Origin: Dipteris shenzhenensis
Taxonomy: Eukaryota
Direction: 5' to 3' (one strand)
Assembly (NCBI GenBank): GCA_047967505.1
Contig: CM106538.1
Length of the DNA: 64,000 bases
Part shown: piece by piece, positions 59,432-64,000 of the stretch
Layout of the letters: every line of letters begins with the position of its first letter
Position numbering within the stretch: the stretch's first letter is position 1
Program-made: the position numbers and the translations under genes
Notes under the pieces: generated by a model
Seen by the model: the letters and a program-made list of their open reading frames with translations, nothing else
Databases searched by the model: none
What the model was told of the DNA's origin: nothing

Positions 59432-62100
59432 TGATGGGATATCTCAAGGTGTATGCCCCAGGCGCACCTTGGTTTCTATGTGTGTGTGCTAGAGGCACAG
59501 TTAGGTGCCCATAAGCACTGTTAGGTGGTAGTAGAAGCCACATAGGATGATTGAGAGAATCTAGGAGCAGATTGAGGAGATGATTGTGGAGCTTAGAGGT
59601 CATCAGTGATGTCAATGATCATGTAAGAGGTGCCTACTTAAGGACCTCACCTTTCTTCATTCCATAAGCAAGAATTCTCAGTTTGTGTTCACTCCATGCT
59701 TTCCTTTCAGTTTACCAACATGGTATCAGAGCACTTTGATCCTCCTTGAGCCCACTTGTGCCACATCATCTTCTTCTTCTCCATCTTCTTCTTCTTCATC
59801 TTCACCATTTCTTCCCAAATCTTGCTAAAGCTTGTTCTCCCTCAGTTCTCCGTCATTCTCAAGCCCTTCCTGCTGGAGATACCCCTCGTTTGGGCGAACT
59901 TCCACCTGCAAGCAATTGAAAAAAAAACGTCTCTGCTGGCTTCCATTCTCCAAACAACGCATTTTTTTGTCATTCTTCTGTTGCAAAATACTCCCTGCCT
60001 GCTGCACCATTGCTCGAGCCCTCTTAGGAGTAGATGGGCGACCTCAAGACGAACATTTTGAGTCACTTTGCAGCCCATTTGGTTCAGTAACGAAGGAGAA
60101 AACGTCAAAACACAGGTTCAGCCTGCAACAACTCCCCCGGGCTATACCGCGCACCATTTCGCCCAACCTCTGTGCTGGATCTTCTCTGGTATATGAGCTT
60201 TCTTTTGCTTCAGAAAGCCCTCTTTTCTTTGCTTTGAAGAGTGAGATACAAGCCCTCCAAGTTCAGGCCTCTGTTTTGGACAGTTTTGACAAGGTTGTGA
60301 GTGTGATGCTACATTAGATGCTACTTTAGCATTTCTGAGGTTTTAAAGTTTTGAAAAGCATTAGTACAACTATGGCTACAACTTTCTTTTAAGTTGCTAT
60401 ACCTGGATTTGCTTGGAATACTTACATTTAGTCACCTCTATGAAGCATGCAAGTGAAAACATCATTGATTTGTAGTATGGATTTTGGTTGCAAGCCTTTG
60501 CTACTCTAAATGCTTGTATTTTGAAGCTCTTCAACTCTTTCTAGCCTTGTAAGAGAGTAGACACTGTCCATTCTGGGTTAGACCCTCTCATGGCTACCAT
60601 CTTGAATATGGATAAGTTCAATGGTAAGGGCTTTCACACATGGCAGACGAAGGTTAAATTTGTATTGATGAGGAAAAACCTCTGGGGGCTTGTCAAACCG
60701 GCTTCAACTTCTTCTTCAACAGCCTCCAATGCTGGAGAATCCTCAGCTTCGACACACCCGGCAAGAGATCCTGCTAGAGAGGAGAAAGCCTATGGCATCA
60801 TTGCTCTTGCCTTAGGAGATGACTATATTCATCACATCTCTGACTTAGAGTCTCCTTCAGAAGCTTGGCAGAAGCTTGACATTATTTTTGGTGCTAGCTG
60901 TCACATCTCAAAATTGTCACTTAAGATTGCTTTCTTTGAATTGAAGATGGTTAGTGGCACTCCTTTGGCTACCCATGTCAATTACATGCGGAGTCTCATG
61001 GCTTAACTTGCTTCTATCAACTCTCCTATCACTACAGATGATGCAATGGCAGTGTTGCTCAAGAGTAAGCCTGAAGATTATGATCATGTTGTTACTACTT
61101 AGAAAAATCTTCCTAATCCTAATCTTGAAGGTCTTATCTCTACTCTTCAAGAAGAAGAAAGGGACATGGAACTCCGGAAAGGCAATGACACAGCCTATGC
61201 CATAAAAACCCAGAAGGGCAAGTTTTCACCTTTGCAATCATTGTGGGAAGACTAATCACCTCTCAAGAGACTGCTTCAAGATCAATCCATGCAAACGCTG
61301 TGGCAAAACCAATCATCATGAAAAATTTTGTAGAGCAAAAAAGGAAGCAACTTCAAAGTTAGAAACTGCCAATCTACTTTCAGTTGATGTGCCTCCACAA
61401 GATGAGGCATCCTATTAAGATTATGCTTTTTGAATCATCTCCATGTATGCTCCAGATCCCTCTTTTTTTTTTTGTTGAGTCAAGGTACTCACCCTGGATA
61501 GTCCTTCAAAATGAATGAAATAAACTATTGTGCGTTTTGTAAACACCTCTGGTCACCATATGATGTAGGCCATGTGTATGTGTTTTTGCTCCATGGTACC
61601 TCCTGCAGACATTGTGTGCATGTACATGCAGGGGAGATAACCATTGGAAGGTCTTTTGTATCCCTTTTGTTTACTTCACACCCTTGGGAACTCCTTGCTA
61701 GCATGAGAACCTAGCCATAGATTTATCCTTGACCACCATGAGATGGCATGAGAAACTATGAGACTAGATGTATCCTTGACATAGCCTGAGGCATTCCCTT
61801 GAGGGGGGGTATGATGGGATATCTCAAGGTGTATGCCCTAGGCACACCTTGGTTTCTATGTGTGTGTGCTAGAGGCACAGTTAGGTGCCCATAAGCACTG
61901 TTAGGTGGTGGTAGAAGCCACATAGGATGATTGAGAGAATCTAGGAGCAGATTGAGGAGATGATTGTGAAGCTCAGAGGTCATCAGTGATGTCAATGATC
62001 ATGTAAGAGGTGCTTACTTAAGGACCTCACCTTTCTTCATTCCATAAGCAAGAATTCTCAGTTTGTGTTCACTCCATGCTTTCCTTTCAGTTTACCAACA
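59432..62100 (+). mobile_element. Non-autonomous gag-only LTR retrotransposon (TR-GAG-like, copia-type gag) inserted in the PLE RT
   Basis: 289-bp LTRs at 59432-59720 and 61812-62100 (6 mismatches counted); TSD TCTTT; PBS TGGTATCAGAGC at 59721-59732; PPT GAGGGGGGG; no pol motifs. Confidence 0.93.
60590..61418 (+). pseudogene. Copia-type gag with two tandem CCHC knuckles, disrupted
   Basis: MDKFNGKGFHTW..., stop at 61004-61006; CNHCGKTNHLSRDC and CKRCGKTNHHEKFC at 61233-61331. Confidence 0.85.
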
Positions 62101-62719
62101 TCTTTGTTTCAACAACTTATGAATTTGAGTTTATGCAACGTCTTATTTCTATCAATACCTGCCCTATCATTTTACATAAGCTTAGCCAAGTTAGGCGTTT
62201 TATAGATGATTTATTTGTACTAGATGTTCCTAACTTTCAAGACTTATGTACAAAGACACTTGTGCTTTTGGAGAAGGAATCTATCCTCGTGACTCTTGTG
62301 AACTGAACCGTACTTCAAGGGGGGATTCTTGTGTTTTCTTAGATCTTAGACTTTCTCAATCTACCATAGGATTAGAGGTTAATATGTAACAACCTGAATA
62401 TAGTGGTTTACGCATTATAAAAATGCCTCACATTGACTCAAACATTTTTGATTTGGCAAAATATGGAGTCATTTTTTCCCAATTTCATAGATTTTCCCGC
62501 CTTTGTACAACTAAGGAGTCTTTTATTACTCAATTTAGTAATTTGATCACTTTACTATTACACAAGAGGTATAATCCAAGGAAAATAATGAAAAAAGTAT
62601 GCACAATCTTAGATATGAAGTCTTTTATCTTTGGTGTATCGGCCTTAGTAATGTTTAGAATGATTGAACATAAGCTGAAAACAAAAAGCAGGGAGCTGAA
62701 TAGTGTGTTTTTCTTTTAG
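62101..62719 (+). pseudogene. PLE ORF 3' part: RT palm and thumb
   Basis: TYEFEFMQ, RRFIDDLFV, FLDL, MPHIDSNI..KYGVIFSQFHRFSRLCT. Confidence 0.87.
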
Positions 62720-62835
62720 TTTCAAAAGAGAGTTTGATTGAGTATGCTTGTGCTTTCTAAGTTAGGACTGCAATTTTGCCTCTTTGTAGGAAGCGATACG
62801 TAAGTGTAAAGGGTCCTTTTAGCTTTTTATGTTGT

Positions 62836-62874
<39 letters not shown>

Positions 62875-63243
62875 TTTATTCCAGTTTTTTGAAAGATTTT
62901 GTTTTTTGTTGCTTGACTTGCTTGTTTAGTCACCTTCTTCCTTTCTTGTTTTCTCTCTTTTGTTTATTTGACGTACTTTAGTAAGCACTGGGTTTGTCCA
63001 AGAGACTCCGCGGGTCTTTAGAAACCTAGTATAGCTGCTTATGCTTGGGCACTGATGACGACATAAGTGTTGCTTTGCTTGCTAAGTATGTCTTCCTTTT
63101 GTTTCTCATAAAAGTTTTTTGTTTACCTCTTTTTTCTTCTCTTTCATTTTCCCTTTTATTTTCTGTGTAGATTTTTGGTCTTTAGAACAACAAAAATTCT
63201 AAATTTGTATGATTGGACTTATTCTAGTCTTACAAAGGTATAT
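62682..63243 (+). repeat. PLE downstream pseudo-LTR, includes (AG)n at 62840-62872
   Basis: Direct repeat of 55574-55933. Confidence 0.9.
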
Positions 63244-63360
63244 AAAAGATTATAGTATCATTATTTGTAATCTTTTCTTTTCTTCTGTTTTCTGATTTAG
63301 CTGGCAGAAATAAAATGTATTGCGTTCCTTATGAAGTGAAGCTCTGATATATGGTGACAG

Positions 63361-63450
63361 GATGCAATATGCGAGTTGTCAGAGCATGGAATGGTGATAA
63401 TGGTCGAGGAATGGGCATGCTTTCAAGCACGAGTTTACTTTCGGAAAGAG
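63361..63450 (+). CDS. RAD1: RAD1 exon 2
   Basis: AG|DAICELSEHGMVIMVEEWACFQARVYFRKE|GT; phase-0 continuation of exon 1. Confidence 0.92.
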
Positions 63451-63717
63451 GTAATGCAGGGCTTTGTCTGTGAGTGAGCCTGAAACACACAAACACTTCT
63501 TAAGAGACAAGAAAGAGAGACACATAAGCTTAGGAAATAAGGATCTACGGTATTTGGAATGCATTGAAAGTTTTGACGTGAAGTAGTAGCTCAACTGTAG
63601 CTAATCGCTGGAGCTGATTGATGCATGTAGTGTGACTCTGACATTTTAGGCAAAGAAGAAATTTAGTTTTATCAGGGTATCTATTTGAGGCTCGTTGTTT
63701 GCATGTGCATTGTGCAG

Positions 63718-63872
63718 CTCTTCCGTACATACGAGTATCGAGCTGAGGTGCGGCCAAGATTTGGAGTCAGTTTGGGCTTACTGGTTGACAGTTTAAGTAC
63801 GTTCACTTCTTCTACTGGAACAACGGCTCTTGAGATACGGTACCCGGGTTCTGACATGCAACTCCTTTTGAA
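63718..63872 (+). CDS. RAD1: RAD1 exon 3; gene continues beyond the window
   Basis: AG|LFRTYEYRAEVRPRFGVSLGLLVDSLSTF...EIRYPGSDMQLLL(K)|GT. Confidence 0.92.
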
Positions 63873-64000
63873 GTACATCTCATTCCTTCACTTTGTTTCA
63901 AAATTTAAGTAATTGGAGGTCTTGGATTGCAAATATACTGATTTCTTGAACGTCTTGAGCAAATAATATACTTCATTGTTTGATTGGAAAGGCCAAGCAG

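Larger units (their letters stand above)
55574..63243 (+). mobile_element. Penelope-like retroelement (PLE) with N-terminal GIY-YIG (Naiad/Chlamys-type architecture), degenerate, in RAD1 intron 1
   Basis: GIY-YIG, then CCC..GHVVTAD linker, then PLE RT motifs and thumb; direct pseudo-LTRs at 55574-55933 and 62682-63243. Confidence 0.88.

Noticed and set aside
63050-63085. SECIS element for the in-frame TGA
   Set aside because: ATGA is followed by only a ~6-bp stem with no matching GA quartet, and land plants lack Sec insertion.
63685-63912. Stand-alone 75-aa ORF
   Set aside because: It is RAD1 exon 3 plus flanking intron sequence.

Overview
Eukaryotic land-plant genomic DNA. A large-genome non-angiosperm such as a fern or lycophyte is my inference from TE content and intron size. 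Two host genes bracket the window. At the left are the last two exons of a GRF-INTERACTING FACTOR (GIF/AN3-like) gene (201-934, +). At the right are the first three exons of checkpoint gene RAD1 (52121-63872, +), whose first intron is 11.1 kb. Between them lie a 5'-truncated L1-type LINE, a three-tier nest of Ty1/copia elements, two related copia copies in inverted orientation, a Sola2-like and a CACTA transposase pseudogene, a ~1.85-kb foldback palindrome and several LTR fragments. The innermost nested copia has an open 1418-aa polyprotein but no recognisable tRNA PBS; 12 copies of GCCACGTCA sit in its place. The most unusual item is inside RAD1 intron 1: a Penelope-like retroelement with GIY-YIG endonuclease N-terminal to the RT (Naiad/Chlamys architecture). 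It has direct pseudo-LTRs with intron-like segments and a highly structured RNA-like leader, and it is interrupted by a gag-only LTR element.
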